Positions 42,203 to 51,540 of a stretch of DNA of 64,000 nt are shown here, one piece after another. The number at the start of each line of letters is the position of its first letter. Within the stretch, counting starts at the first letter, position 1. The position numbers and the translations under genes were made by a program. This DNA is from Acidobacteriota bacterium (lineage in GTDB: Bacteria > Acidobacteriota > Thermoanaerobaculia > Multivoradales > Multivoraceae). The DNA lies in contig JAPOWR010000001.1 of the NCBI GenBank assembly GCA_026707545.1, positions 1,329,778 through 1,393,777 of the forward strand, in the 5' to 3' direction. Under the pieces are notes generated by a model. The model made no database searches. It saw nothing but the letters and a program-made list of their open reading frames with translations, and was not told the origin of the DNA.

Positions 42203-42994
42203 TTACCGGCCCTCGAATCGCGGCGGCCGGCGCTCCGTCAAGGCCTGCACCCCCTCGCGCGCGTCGGCGGTGCGGAAGGTGACCTCCTGCTCCGCGCTCT
42301 CCAGATCGAGGGCCTCGCCGAGGGTGCGTTCGAAGGTCCCACGTACCGTGCGCTTGGTTGCCTTGACGGCGATCGGCCCGGCGGCGGCGATCTCGAGCGC
42401 CAGATCCTCGACGACCTGGTCGAAGTCCCCGTCGGCTTCGCGGCTGGCGATCCCCCACTCGACCGCCGTCGCCGCGTCGATCAGGCGGCCACTGTAGAGG
42501 AGCTCGGCGGCCCGGGCAGGACCGATCAGCCGGGGCAGTGTCCAGGTGGCGGCCATCCCGGGGTGAATCCCGAGCTTCACGAAGGTCATGCCGACCCGCG
42601 CGCCGGTCTTGATCACCCGCATGTCGCAGCCGAGGGCAAAGCAGAGCCCGGCACCGATCGCGTGGCCGTTGATCGCGGCGATGGACGGCGCCTCGAGGTC
42701 ACGAACGGAGAGGTACAGACGGTAGAAGTTCGCGCCGCCGCCGAGGCCGGGGCCCGCGCCAGGATCCTCGCTGACCTCCTCCTGGATGCTCTTCAGGCTG
42801 CCGCCGGCGCTGAAGGCGCGTCCGGACCCGCTCACGATGACCACCCGGGTCTCGTCCCGCTCGTTGATCAGGGGAACGGCGTCCCGGATCTCCCCGCCCA
42901 TCGCCGGCGTCATCGCGTTCAACTGTGACGGCACGTTCAGGGTCAACCGCGTGACCGGACCCTGGTGTGACACCTGGATGTGCTCGAAACTCAT
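42203..42994 (-). CDS. Enoyl-CoA hydratase/isomerase family protein
   Basis: 263 aa. Crotonase fold motifs (VIVSGSGRAFSAGGSL, GHAIGAG). Confidence 0.85.
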   Translation of the reverse strand: MSFEHIQVSHQGPVTRLTLNVPSQLNAMTPAMGGEIRDAVPLINERDETRVVIVSGSGRAFSAGGSLKSIQEEVSEDPGAGPGLGGGANFYRLYLSVRDLEAPSIAAINGHAIGAGLCFALGCDMRVIKTGARVGMTFVKLGIHPGMAATWTLPRLIGPARAAELLYSGRLIDAATAVEWGIASREADGDFDQVVEDLALEIAAAGPIAVKATKRTVRGTFERTLGEALDLESAEQEVTFRTADAREGVQALTERRPPRFEGR

Positions 42995-43026
42995 GGCACC
43001 GGACCTCCTTCGGTAAGATGCGGCGC

Positions 43027-43593
43027 ATGCTAACGATCACCGAGCTGGCACAGAAGAAGGTGGCTGAAGCGATGAAGGACGAGGAGCGCGACGACCTCGC
43101 TCTCCGCATCGCGATCGCCGGCCGGACAGGCGGCGGCTTCCGCTACCAGATGGACCTGGTCGGCCTCGACGAGGCCCGCCCTGGCGACGAGATCCTGGAC
43201 ACCGAGGCGTTCAAGGTCTACGTCGACTCCGAGAGCGCCCCGGATCTCGATGGCGCCACGATCGACTTCGTCACCCGGCTCTCCGAGAGCGGTTTCAAGT
43301 TCGACAACCCGAACTCGGTCTGGGGCGACGGAGTGGCCGCCGACGTCCAGCGCGTCCTCGATGAACAGATCAACCCGCAGATCGCCGCGCACGGCGGCTT
43401 CGTCACCCTGCTCAAGGTCAAGGACGAAACCGCCTACATCACGATGGGCGGCGGTTGCCAGGGCTGCGGCATGGCCGACTACACGCTCAAGCAGGGCGTC
43501 GAGCAGGCCATCGTGGAGGCGGTGCCGGCCGTGCAGCGCGTCCTCGACACGACGGATCACGCCGCCGGCACGAACCCCTACTACGCGCCGTAG
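43027..43593 (+). CDS. nfuA: Fe-S biogenesis protein NfuA (A-type carrier domain + Nfu domain)
   Basis: N-terminal HesB/IscA-like domain, C-terminal Nfu domain with a CxxC motif (GGGCQGCGMA). Start chosen at MLTITELAQ (ATG 43027); another ATG lies at 43018. Confidence 0.75.
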   Translation: MLTITELAQKKVAEAMKDEERDDLALRIAIAGRTGGGFRYQMDLVGLDEARPGDEILDTEAFKVYVDSESAPDLDGATIDFVTRLSESGFKFDNPNSVWGDGVAADVQRVLDEQINPQIAAHGGFVTLLKVKDETAYITMGGGCQGCGMADYTLKQGVEQAIVEAVPAVQRVLDTTDHAAGTNPYYAP

Positions 43594-43722
43594 CAGGGGG
43601 CCCAGGAGGCGGCGCGGTCCTCCCGTATTGCCCAACCCCCACCGTTGTGGAATAGTCCCTCACTGGTCGAGCGACGCGCTCCGATTCGCCTTCGCTCGCC
43701 GGAATAGAGCACGTCACGATCG

Positions 43723-45129
43723 ATGGGCACGCACCGTTTCAGGCGGGGATTGAGCCTGCCCATCTCGGGCGCTCCGGAGCAGACGGTGGAGGACGCCGCG
43801 GCTCCCGGTACCGTGGCGATCAGCGCCGCCGACTACCCGGGTATGAAGCCGGCGATGCACGTGGCACCGGGCGATGCGGTGAGGCGCGGGCAGCTCCTGT
43901 TCGAGGATCGCAAGCAGCCCGGCGTGCGCTTCACCTCCCCCGCCGCGGGCACGGTGACCGCCGTGAACCGGGGCGCGAAGCGGGCCCTGATCTCGGTCGT
44001 CGTGCGGGTGGACGCCTCCGACCGGGCCAGCGCCGGCGCCCAGGCCGACTTCGCGGGCTACACGGGCCGCCACCCCAGCGCGCTCAGCCGCGAGGAGGTC
44101 GTGGCACTGCTGGTCGAGTCCGGCGACTGGACCGCCCTGCGGGCCCGTCCCTTCGGACGCACCGCGGCTCCCGGATCGACGCCGAAGTCGATCTTCGTGA
44201 CCGCGATGAGCAGCGAGCCCTTCGCTCCTGCCACCGACATGATCGCCGGCGGACGGGCCGGCGACCTGGAACGGGGCCTCGCCGCGCTGGCGCGGCTGAC
44301 GGACGGACCGGTGTACCTCTGCCGCGCACCCGGCACGCTCGCCGGCATCGAGACCAGCGGTTCGTTACGCGTCGAGGAGTTCAGGGGACCCCACCCGGCC
44401 GGCGCCGCGGGGCTGCACATTCACACCCTGGACCCGGTGGACCGCAACAAGCTGGTGTGGCAGATCGGGCTGCAGGACACGCTGGCGATCGGCCGCCTGT
44501 TCGCCACGGGTGAACCCGACGTCCAGCGCATCATTGCTCTGGGCGGTCCACCGGTGCAGAGGCCCAGGCTGCTGCGCACCCGGCTCGGCGCCGCGCTCGC
44601 CGACGTGACGAGGGGCGAGATCGGTACCGGTGCGGAAGCCGTCCCCGACGGTACCGTGCGGGTGATCACCGGCTCGCCGCTCAGCGGTCGCACGGCGATG
44701 GGCAAGGAGATGCCGGCCGATCTCCACGGCTACCTCGGCCGCTTTCACGACACCGTATCGGTGCTCGAGGACGACCACGGCCGCCACTTCCTGGGCTGGC
44801 TCAACCCCGGTTTCGGCGCCTTCTCCCGCGCCCGCGCCTTCGCTTCCTCGCTGCTGCCGCGCCGGTCGTTCGCGATGACCACGACCACGCACGGCTCGCC
44901 GCGCGCCATCGTGCCCATCGGCCTCTACGAGAGCGTCTTTCCCTGGGACCTGCAGCCGACCTTCCTGCTCAAGTCCCTGGTCGCCGGGGACATTGAGCGG
45001 GCCGAGGAACTCGGCTGCCTGGAACTGCTGGAGGAGGACCTGGCGCTCTGCACGTTCGTCTGCCCGGGCAAGACGGAGTATGGGCCGTACCTCCGCGACG
45101 CGCTCGAACTGATCGAGAAGGAAGGCTAG
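43723..45129 (+). CDS. nqrA: Na+-translocating NADH:quinone reductase subunit A
   Basis: 468 aa. N-terminus RRGLSLPISGAPEQ matches NqrA. First gene of the nqr operon. Confidence 0.9.
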   Translation: MGTHRFRRGLSLPISGAPEQTVEDAAAPGTVAISAADYPGMKPAMHVAPGDAVRRGQLLFEDRKQPGVRFTSPAAGTVTAVNRGAKRALISVVVRVDASDRASAGAQADFAGYTGRHPSALSREEVVALLVESGDWTALRARPFGRTAAPGSTPKSIFVTAMSSEPFAPATDMIAGGRAGDLERGLAALARLTDGPVYLCRAPGTLAGIETSGSLRVEEFRGPHPAGAAGLHIHTLDPVDRNKLVWQIGLQDTLAIGRLFATGEPDVQRIIALGGPPVQRPRLLRTRLGAALADVTRGEIGTGAEAVPDGTVRVITGSPLSGRTAMGKEMPADLHGYLGRFHDTVSVLEDDHGRHFLGWLNPGFGAFSRARAFASSLLPRRSFAMTTTTHGSPRAIVPIGLYESVFPWDLQPTFLLKSLVAGDIERAEELGCLELLEEDLALCTFVCPGKTEYGPYLRDALELIEKEG

Positions 45130-45135
45130 GGGCGA

Positions 45136-46395
45136 ATGAGATTCCTGCGCCGGATTCTCGACAAGCAGGCCCGCCACTTCGAGCCGGGGGGAAGGTTCGA
45201 GCGCTTCTACCCGCTGTACGAGGCGCCGGACACCTTCCTGTACACCCCGGGCAAGACGACGGCCGGCGCCGCCCACGTACGCGATGCGCTCGACCTGAAG
45301 CGCCTGATGATGACCGTCGTCGTGGCGCTGGTGCCCTGCGTGCTGATGGCGATGTGGAACACGGGCCGTCAGGCCCACCTGGCGATCGCGGGCGGTGCCA
45401 CCGCGCTGCCCAACTGGCGGACCGACGCGATGGAGATGCTCGGGCTGTCGTTCGACGCTTCCAGCCTGCTCGCCAACACGGTCCACGGCGCGCTGTACTA
45501 CGTGCCGGTCCTGGTCGTGACCTTCGCCGTCGGCGGCGCCTGGGAGGGACTGTTCGCCGTTGTCCGGCGGCACGACGTGAACGAGGGCTTCCTGGTCACC
45601 GGCATGCTCTTCCCCCTGGTGCTGCCGCCGACGATCCCGCTGTGGCAGGTCGCCGTCGGCATCAGCTTCGGCGTGGTCGTCGGCAAGGAGATCTTCGGTG
45701 GAACGGGCTACAACGTCCTGAACCCGGCTCTGACGGCGCGGGTCTTCCTGTTCTTCGCCTATCCGGCCCAGATCTCGGGCGACGCCGTGTGGATCGCTGC
45801 GGGCACGTCGTCGGCACCAGATGGCTACAGCGGCGCCACCGCGCTCGGCGAGATCGCGGTGCTTGAGCCCGTCGAGGGCTCCGACGCGCCGCTGGACGGA
45901 CTGAGCGCCATCGAGGGCAAGGTCTCCTGGATGCAGGCCTTTCTCGGCGACATTCCGGGATCGATGGGCGAGACCTCCGCGCTGGCCTGCCTGATCGGCG
46001 CGGCGATTCTGATCGCGACCGGCATCGGTTCCTGGCGGATCATGGTCGCGGCGACGGCCGGCACGGCGGCGATCTCCCTGCTGCTCAACCTCATCGCATC
46101 GCCGACCAACGCGATGCTCTCTGTCCCCTTCCACTGGCACCTCGTGCTCGGCGGCTGGGCCTTCGGCATCGTCTTCATGGCTACGGACCCGGTGAGCGCC
46201 GCGCAGACGAACCGGGGACGCTACATCTACGGCTTCCTGGTCGGCGTGCTGGCCGTCCTGATCCGCACGATCAACCCCGCCTTCCCGGAAGGCGTGATGC
46301 TCGGCATCCTGTTCATGAACCTGTTCGCGCCCCTGATCGACCACTACGTGCTGAAGGCGAACATCAAGCGCCGCCAGGCACGCTACGCGCAGTAA
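45136..46395 (+). CDS. nqrB: Na+-NQR subunit B
   Basis: 419 aa integral membrane protein. NqrB/RnfD family with the FMN attachment region. Confidence 0.9.
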   Translation: MRFLRRILDKQARHFEPGGRFERFYPLYEAPDTFLYTPGKTTAGAAHVRDALDLKRLMMTVVVALVPCVLMAMWNTGRQAHLAIAGGATALPNWRTDAMEMLGLSFDASSLLANTVHGALYYVPVLVVTFAVGGAWEGLFAVVRRHDVNEGFLVTGMLFPLVLPPTIPLWQVAVGISFGVVVGKEIFGGTGYNVLNPALTARVFLFFAYPAQISGDAVWIAAGTSSAPDGYSGATALGEIAVLEPVEGSDAPLDGLSAIEGKVSWMQAFLGDIPGSMGETSALACLIGAAILIATGIGSWRIMVAATAGTAAISLLLNLIASPTNAMLSVPFHWHLVLGGWAFGIVFMATDPVSAAQTNRGRYIYGFLVGVLAVLIRTINPAFPEGVMLGILFMNLFAPLIDHYVLKANIKRRQARYAQ

Positions 46396-46421
46396 GCTCC
46401 ACTCGACCGGCGGAGTTCACC

Positions 46422-47201
46422 ATGGCAAACCGACAGGCCACCGGCTACACCCTCCTGTTCGCGACCGCGATCTGCATCGTGTGCGGGATCCTCGTGTCCT
46501 CCTTCGCGGTCAGCCTGGAGGAGCTCCAGGACGAGAACATCGCCCTCGACAAGCAGAAGCGGGTGCTGGAGGCCGTGGGCCTGCTCCAGCCCGGTGAGCC
46601 GATCGAAGAGGCCGAGGTCGCGGAGCGCTTCGCGCCGATCGAACCGGTGCTCATCGAGCTCACCTCGGGCGAGGCGGTGGACGGCGACACGGCGACCTTC
46701 GACCAGCAGCGCCGCGCCCGGGATCCCGCCACCAGCATCGAAGCCCCCGACAACCTGGCCAAGGTCAAGCGCATTCCCGATCAGTCCCTGCTGTACGAGG
46801 TGCGCGGCGACGGCGGCGAACTCGAAATGGTCGTGCTGCCGATCGAGGGTCTGGGACTCTGGGGAACCCTGTACGGCTTTCTGGCGCTCGACGCGGACAC
46901 GACGACCGTGCGCGGCATCACCTACTACCAGCACAAGGAGACGCCGGGCCTGGGCGGCGAGGTGGACAATCCGAGCTGGAAGGACAAGTGGCCCGGACGC
47001 AAGGCCTTCGATGACGACGGCGAGGTTCGCCTGGCCGTGATCAAGGGCTTTGCCGGGAACGCCGAGGAGGACCCCTACGAGGTCGACGGTCTCGCCGGCG
47101 CGACGATCACCAGCAACGGGGTAACGAACATGCTCGATTTCTGGCTCGGGGAGAACGGCTTCGAGCCCTACCTCAACCGGATCCGCGCGGAGGCCAACTG
47201 A
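46422..47201 (+). CDS. nqrC: Na+-NQR subunit C
   Basis: 259 aa. Single N-terminal TM, FMN-binding domain (SGATITSNG threonine attachment motif). Confidence 0.9.
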   Translation: MANRQATGYTLLFATAICIVCGILVSSFAVSLEELQDENIALDKQKRVLEAVGLLQPGEPIEEAEVAERFAPIEPVLIELTSGEAVDGDTATFDQQRRARDPATSIEAPDNLAKVKRIPDQSLLYEVRGDGGELEMVVLPIEGLGLWGTLYGFLALDADTTTVRGITYYQHKETPGLGGEVDNPSWKDKWPGRKAFDDDGEVRLAVIKGFAGNAEEDPYEVDGLAGATITSNGVTNMLDFWLGENGFEPYLNRIRAEAN

Positions 47202-47827
47202 TGGCTGTCAAGAAGAGCGAAGCGGCGCTCGATCCCCTCTTCAACAATAATCCGATCGCGCTCCAGGTCCTAGGCATCTGCTCGGCGCTGGCGGTGACGA
47301 CGAAGATGGAGACCTCGGTCGTCATGTGCGCGGCCGTCATCGCCGTGCTCACCCTGTCGAACCTGACGATCAGCCTGCTCCGGCATCAGATCCCGAACAG
47401 CATCCGGATCATCGTCCAGTTGACCGTCATCGCATCGCTGGTCATCGTCACCGACCAGATCCTCAAGGCCTACGTGTTCGAGATCAGCAAGCAGCTCTCG
47501 GTGTTCGTCGGGCTGATCATCACGAACTGCATCATCATGGGGCGGGCGGAAGCCTTCGCGATGCAGAACCCGCCGTCCCTGGCCATCCTCGACGGCATCG
47601 GCAACGGCATCGGCTACAGCGCGATCCTGATGGTCACGGCGTTCCTGCGCGAGCTGTTCGGTTCCGGGAAGCTCTACGGCTACAGCGTTCTGCCCACGGT
47701 CTCGGAAGGAGGCTGGTACCTGCCGAACGGCCTGATGCTGCTGTCTCCCGCCGCCTTCTTCATCATCGGCGGATTGATCTGGGCGCTACGCGTGTACAAA
47801 CCCGCTCAAGTCGAGATGGACGGGTAA
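47201..47827 (+). CDS. nqrD: Na+-NQR subunit D
   Basis: 208 aa. NqrD/RnfE family, 6 TM. Confidence 0.9.
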   Translation: MAVKKSEAALDPLFNNNPIALQVLGICSALAVTTKMETSVVMCAAVIAVLTLSNLTISLLRHQIPNSIRIIVQLTVIASLVIVTDQILKAYVFEISKQLSVFVGLIITNCIIMGRAEAFAMQNPPSLAILDGIGNGIGYSAILMVTAFLRELFGSGKLYGYSVLPTVSEGGWYLPNGLMLLSPAAFFIIGGLIWALRVYKPAQVEMDG

Positions 47828-47923
47828 GGAGGGACGCCATGCACAAGCGACGAAGCACTCCCCACGCGGCGCGTGTAGCCCTGCTCCTTGTTCAAGTCGA
47901 GATGGACGGCTAGGGAGGACGCC
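47807..47923. repeat. ~31-bp direct duplication of the nqrD 3' end plus Shine-Dalgarno (copy 1 at 47807..47838, copy 2 at 47893..47923), with a 54-bp spacer
   Basis: Two copies of CAAGTCGAGATGGACGG[G/C]TA[A]GGGAGGACGCC seen directly in the sequence. Copy 1 spans the nqrD stop; copy 2 lies immediately upstream of the nqrE ATG. Confidence 0.85.
47839..47913 (+). CDS. Candidate 24-aa micro-ORF MHKRRSTPHAARVALLLVQVEMDG between nqrD and nqrE
   Basis: ATG preceded by AAGGAGGGA at SD distance. Ends with the same QVEMDG-stop as NqrD. Not in the supplied ORF track as a separate entry. Translation unproven. Confidence 0.25.
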   Translation: MHKRRSTPHAARVALLLVQVEMDG

Positions 47924-47928
47924 GGACG

Positions 47929-48546
47929 ATGTTCGAGGACTACCTGAACCTGGCCGTGAAGGCCATCTTCATCGAGAACATGGCCCTGACCTTCTTCCTG
48001 GGCATGTGCTCCTTCCTGGCCGTGTCGAAGAAGGTCGAGACCGCGGTCGGCCTCGGCCTGGCGGTCATCTTCGTGCTCACCGTGACCGTGCCCGCGAACA
48101 ACCTGATCCAGACTTACCTCCTGAACGAGGGCGCTCTCGCCTGGATCAGCCCCGAGTTCGCCGGCGTCGACCTGACCTTCCTGAACCTGCTCTGCTTCAT
48201 CGGCACGATCGCGGCGATGGTCCAGCTCGTGGAAATGACGACCGACCGCTTCTTCCCCGCGCTGCACGCCACACTGGGCATCTTCCTGCCCCTGATCGCG
48301 GTGAACTGCGCCATCCTGGGGGGCTCCCTGTTCATGGTCGAACGGGACTACGACTTCGGGGAAAGCGTCGTCTTCGGCCTGGGCAACGGTATCGGCTGGT
48401 TCCTGGCCGTCGTCGCCCTGGCGTCCATCCGTGAGCGCCTGCGCTACAGCAACGTGCCCCACGGTCTGCGCGGCCTGGGCATGACCTTCGTCATCACCGG
48501 ACTGATGGCGTTCGGCTTCATGGCTTTCGGGGGCATCCAGTTGTGA
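47929..48546 (+). CDS. nqrE: Na+-NQR subunit E
   Basis: 205 aa. NqrE/RnfA family, 6 TM. Confidence 0.9.
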   Translation: MFEDYLNLAVKAIFIENMALTFFLGMCSFLAVSKKVETAVGLGLAVIFVLTVTVPANNLIQTYLLNEGALAWISPEFAGVDLTFLNLLCFIGTIAAMVQLVEMTTDRFFPALHATLGIFLPLIAVNCAILGGSLFMVERDYDFGESVVFGLGNGIGWFLAVVALASIRERLRYSNVPHGLRGLGMTFVITGLMAFGFMAFGGIQL

Positions 48547-49760
48547 TCACCGTCGTCCTCGGGGTGACGATGTTCACCGTCGTCATCCTCGCCCTGGTCA
48601 CGGCCCTGATGCAGGCCAAGGCCCGGCTCGTCGCCGGCGGCGAGGTGTCGATCCTGATCAACGAGGAGAAGACGCTGGCCGCCGCGACCGGCGGCACCCT
48701 GCTCGGCACCCTGGCCGAGCACCAGATCTTCATCCCTTCCGCCTGCGGAGGCCAGGGCACGTGCGGCGTCTGCACGGTCGACGTGTTCGAGGGCGGTGGC
48801 GCCATGCTGCCGACCGAGAAGACGCACATCAGCCGCCGCGAGGCGCGCGAGGGCTGCCGCCTGAGCTGCCAGGTCAAGATCAAGGAGGACATGAAGATCG
48901 GCATCCCCGCCGAGGTCTTCGGGGTCAAGAAGTGGCAGTGCAAGGTGCGCTCGAACGAGAACGTCGCCACCTTCATCAAGGAACTCGTGCTGGAGCTGCC
49001 CGAAGGCGAGGAGGTGCCCTTCCGCGCCGGCGGCTACATCCAGATCGAGTGCCCGCCGCACGTGGTGAACTACAGCAACTTCGCCATCGAGGACGAGTAC
49101 CACGACGACTGGGACCGCTTCAAGATCTGGGACCTGGTGTCCAAAGTCGACGAGACCGTGATCCGGGCCTACTCGATGGCGAACTACCCCGACGAGAAGG
49201 GCGTCATCATGCTGAACGTGCGCGTGGCGACGCCGCCTCCCCGCCAGATGGACCTGCCGCCCGGTCAGATGTCCTCCTACATCTTCGACTTGAAGCCAGG
49301 CGACGAGGTGACGATCGCCGGCCCCTTCGGCGAGTTCTTCGCCAAGGACACGGACGCCGAGATGGTCTTCGTCGGCGGAGGCGCCGGCATGGCGCCCATG
49401 CGCTCCCACATCTTCGACCAGTTCCGACGCATCCACACGAACCGCAAGGTGTCCTTCTGGTACGGCGCCCGCTCCTACCGAGAGGCCTTCTACATCGACC
49501 ACTTCGACCGGATCGCCGAAGAGAACCCGAACTTCACCTGGCACCTCGCCCTCTCCGACCCACTCGAGGAAGACAACTGGGACGGCTACACCGGCTTCAT
49601 CCACCAGGTCCTATACGACAACTACCTGAAGGACCACCCCGCCCCGGAAGACGTCGAGTACTACCTCTGCGGCCCCCCCCTGATGCTCCAGGCCTGCATG
49701 AAGATGCTCGACGACCTCGGCGTCGAACCCGAGAACATCGCCTTCGACGACTTCGGCTAG
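48543..49760 (+). CDS. nqrF: Na+-NQR subunit F
   Basis: 405 aa. N-terminal TM, 2Fe-2S ferredoxin domain ([10 protein letters not shown]...C), FAD/NADH-binding ferredoxin-reductase-type domain. Confidence 0.9.
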   Translation: MITVVLGVTMFTVVILALVTALMQAKARLVAGGEVSILINEEKTLAAATGGTLLGTLAEHQIFIPSACGGQGTCGVCTVDVFEGGGAMLPTEKTHISRREAREGCRLSCQVKIKEDMKIGIPAEVFGVKKWQCKVRSNENVATFIKELVLELPEGEEVPFRAGGYIQIECPPHVVNYSNFAIEDEYHDDWDRFKIWDLVSKVDETVIRAYSMANYPDEKGVIMLNVRVATPPPRQMDLPPGQMSSYIFDLKPGDEVTIAGPFGEFFAKDTDAEMVFVGGGAGMAPMRSHIFDQFRRIHTNRKVSFWYGARSYREAFYIDHFDRIAEENPNFTWHLALSDPLEEDNWDGYTGFIHQVLYDNYLKDHPAPEDVEYYLCGPPLMLQACMKMLDDLGVEPENIAFDDFG

Positions 49761-49808
49761 GCCTGGCGATGCGCTGCGGGCGCGGGGCGTTGGTGGCACC
49801 CGCCAGGC

Positions 49809-49971
49809 GCGGGTCCGGGGGGAGGGGTCCCAGGTGCCGTTCGCGCTTGGTCGGAAGATGTAAGGGGGTGCGCTCACTGCACTCCGCTCGCTTCGGTCAG
49901 GCACCGGTTGCCGTGATGGCGCCGGCCGTCGCTCGCTCCGAGCCACCTGGGACCCCTCCCCCCGGACCCGC
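49809..49971. repeat. Palindromic repetitive element, copy 1 (28-bp perfect inverted-repeat arms at 49809..49836 and 49944..49971, 107-nt loop)
   Basis: Arms GCGGGTCCGGGGGGAGGGGTCCCAGGTG / CACCTGGGACCCCTCCCCCCGGACCCGC are exact reverse complements. Sits between nqrF and apbE. Confidence 0.8.
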
Positions 49972-50050
49972 ACCTGGCTGGACGTCGTCGAGCTGTCGCA
50001 TCGCACCGTCGGCACCGAAGTCGTCTCGGTCGAAGCGGGGATGGCGACCA

Positions 50051-51109
50051 GGCTGGCCGGTGTTGGCAGTCCTCGCTGGCCTCACGATCGGCTGTGGGCA
50101 GGCATCTGAGGAGCTCGTGCTGCAGGGGCCGACGATGGGCACCTACTATCGGGTGCGCGCCATTGCGGACTCGGGTGATCGCGAGACGATTCGGGCTCTG
50201 GTCCAGCAACGGTTGGATGCGGTTGACCGCAGGATGTCGACCTACCGGGACGACTCGGAGATCTCTCGCTTCAATCGGCTCGCGGCCGGCGAGTCCTTCG
50301 TGTTCGCAGAGGAAACCTGGGCAGTCCTGGAACTCGCCTGGCGGGTGCGCGAGGAGAGCAACGGTGCGTTCGACCCAACAGTGGGGCCCCTCGTCGACGC
50401 CTGGGGCTTCGGTGCGCCCGGACGCGGTGCGGAGCCGACACCTCCTCTCGATGATCGCCTAGTGGAGCTACGTCGGGCGGTGGGCTCGATCGAGCTGGCA
50501 TCTGAGGGCCACCGAGTTCTCAAGCTCGAAGACGGAGCAGCTCTCGACTTATCCGCTATCGCCAAGGGTTGGGCAGTCGATAGCGTTTCCGAGGCTCTGC
50601 TCAAAGCCGGTTACACCAATCACCTCGTAGAGGTCGGCGGCGAGGTGCGCACCACCGGAAGTAGCCCAGCGGGCGACCCGTGGCGCATCGCGATTGAACG
50701 GCCACCCGTTCGAGTGACCGATCCCGCGCCAACAAGCGCCCCGGCAACCACAACGGCGGAGGCCCCAAAAGCCGGGCTCCAGAGGGTTCTCCTCTTCACC
50801 GACGGATCCCTGGCGACCTCGGGCGACTACCGAAACTACTGGGAGCGTGATGGCGTCCGCTACTCCCACACGATCGACCCCCGCACGGGACGGCCCGTTG
50901 AACACGCCCTTGCCTCGACCAGCGTGTTCCACACCAGCTGCGCCGTGGCCGACGCCTACGCCACCGCCCTGATGGTCCTCGGCCCCGAGGACGGCCTGGA
51001 GTGGGCGGACGAGAACGACATCGCCGCCCTGCTCCTTGTCTACCGCGAGGACTCACTCGAAGAACTCCCGAGCCGCGCTTTTCGCAACCGGTTCGGACCC
51101 GCCGAGTAG
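50051..51109 (+). CDS. apbE: FAD:protein FMN transferase ApbE (flavin-trafficking, Na+-NQR maturation)
   Basis: ApbE-family conservation over ~350 aa. Putative lipobox LAGLTIGC. In-frame start is GTG 50051 or TTG 50054. An out-of-frame ATG at 50032 would supply a better signal peptide. Confidence 0.8.
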   Translation, partial: GWPVLAVLAGLTIGCGQASEELVLQGPTMGTYYRVRAIADSGDRETIRALVQQRLDAVDRRMSTYRDDSEISRFNRLAAGESFVFAEETWAVLELAWRVREESNGAFDPTVGPLVDAWGFGAPGRGAEPTPPLDDRLVELRRAVGSIELASEGHRVLKLEDGAALDLSAIAKGWAVDSVSEALLKAGYTNHLVEVGGEVRTTGSSPAGDPWRIAIERPPVRVTDPAPTSAPATTTAEAPKAGLQRVLLFTDGSLATSGDYRNYWERDGVRYSHTIDPRTGRPVEHALASTSVFHTSCAVADAYATALMVLGPEDGLEWADENDIAALLLVYREDSLEELPSRAFRNRFGPAE

Positions 51110-51133
51110 CGGGCAGCCCGACGCCGTCCAGCC

Positions 51134-51309
51134 GGTCCGGGGCTCCGTGGGGGGAGGGGTCCCAGCGGACTCGAAGCGAGCGACGCCCGGCGACCCTCTG
51201 CCGACTGACAACGAACCGGAGCGAGCGTAGTGGAGTGCGCGCAGTCCTCCCATCCTCTCAGAGAGCGCGCACGGCCGCTGGGACCCTTCCCCCCACGGAA
51301 CCCCGGACC
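51134..51309. repeat. Palindromic repetitive element, copy 2 (inverted-repeat arms ~35 bp at 51134..51168 and 51275..51309, 2 mismatches), inverted relative to copy 1
   Basis: Arms share the GGTCCGGGG...GGGGGAGGGGTCCCAG core with copy 1. Internal segments (AGCGAGCGACG, GAGCGAGCG.AGTG) match the reverse complement of copy 1's interior. Confidence 0.75.
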
Positions 51310-51357
51310 AGGCGGGTGCTCTCCTCCGCCCCGCGCCGGTAGACTCGCCTGTGAGTC

Positions 51358-51540
51358 ATGGCGGTCCTGTTTCTCACGATTACTGTCATCGCCGCTTCGG
51401 TGATTCTCATGGCGGTCGGCGTGCTGTTGAGCGGGCGCTGCCTGCGAGGGTCCTGCGGGGGTCCCGATGTGCTCGGGCCCGATGGTGAGCCGCTGAGTTG
51501 CTCCAACTGCCCGCTGCGCCGTGCGCGGGAGGAGACCTGA
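51358..51540 (+). CDS. nqrM: Probable (Na+)-NQR maturation factor NqrM (DUF539-like small Cys-rich membrane protein)
   Basis: 60 aa. One N-terminal TM (LFLTITVIAASVILMAVGVLL), then CLRGSCGG...CSNC. NqrM is known to follow apbE in nqr loci. Confidence 0.55.
   Translation: MAVLFLTITVIAASVILMAVGVLLSGRCLRGSCGGPDVLGPDGEPLSCSNCPLRRAREET

Noticed and set aside
48761-51109. 782-aa ORF that appears to fuse the nqrF region to apbE
   Set aside because: Upstream of ~50051 this frame runs out of frame through nqrF and the palindromic element, producing Arg/Pro/Gly-rich nonsense. Only the C-terminal ~350 aa match ApbE.
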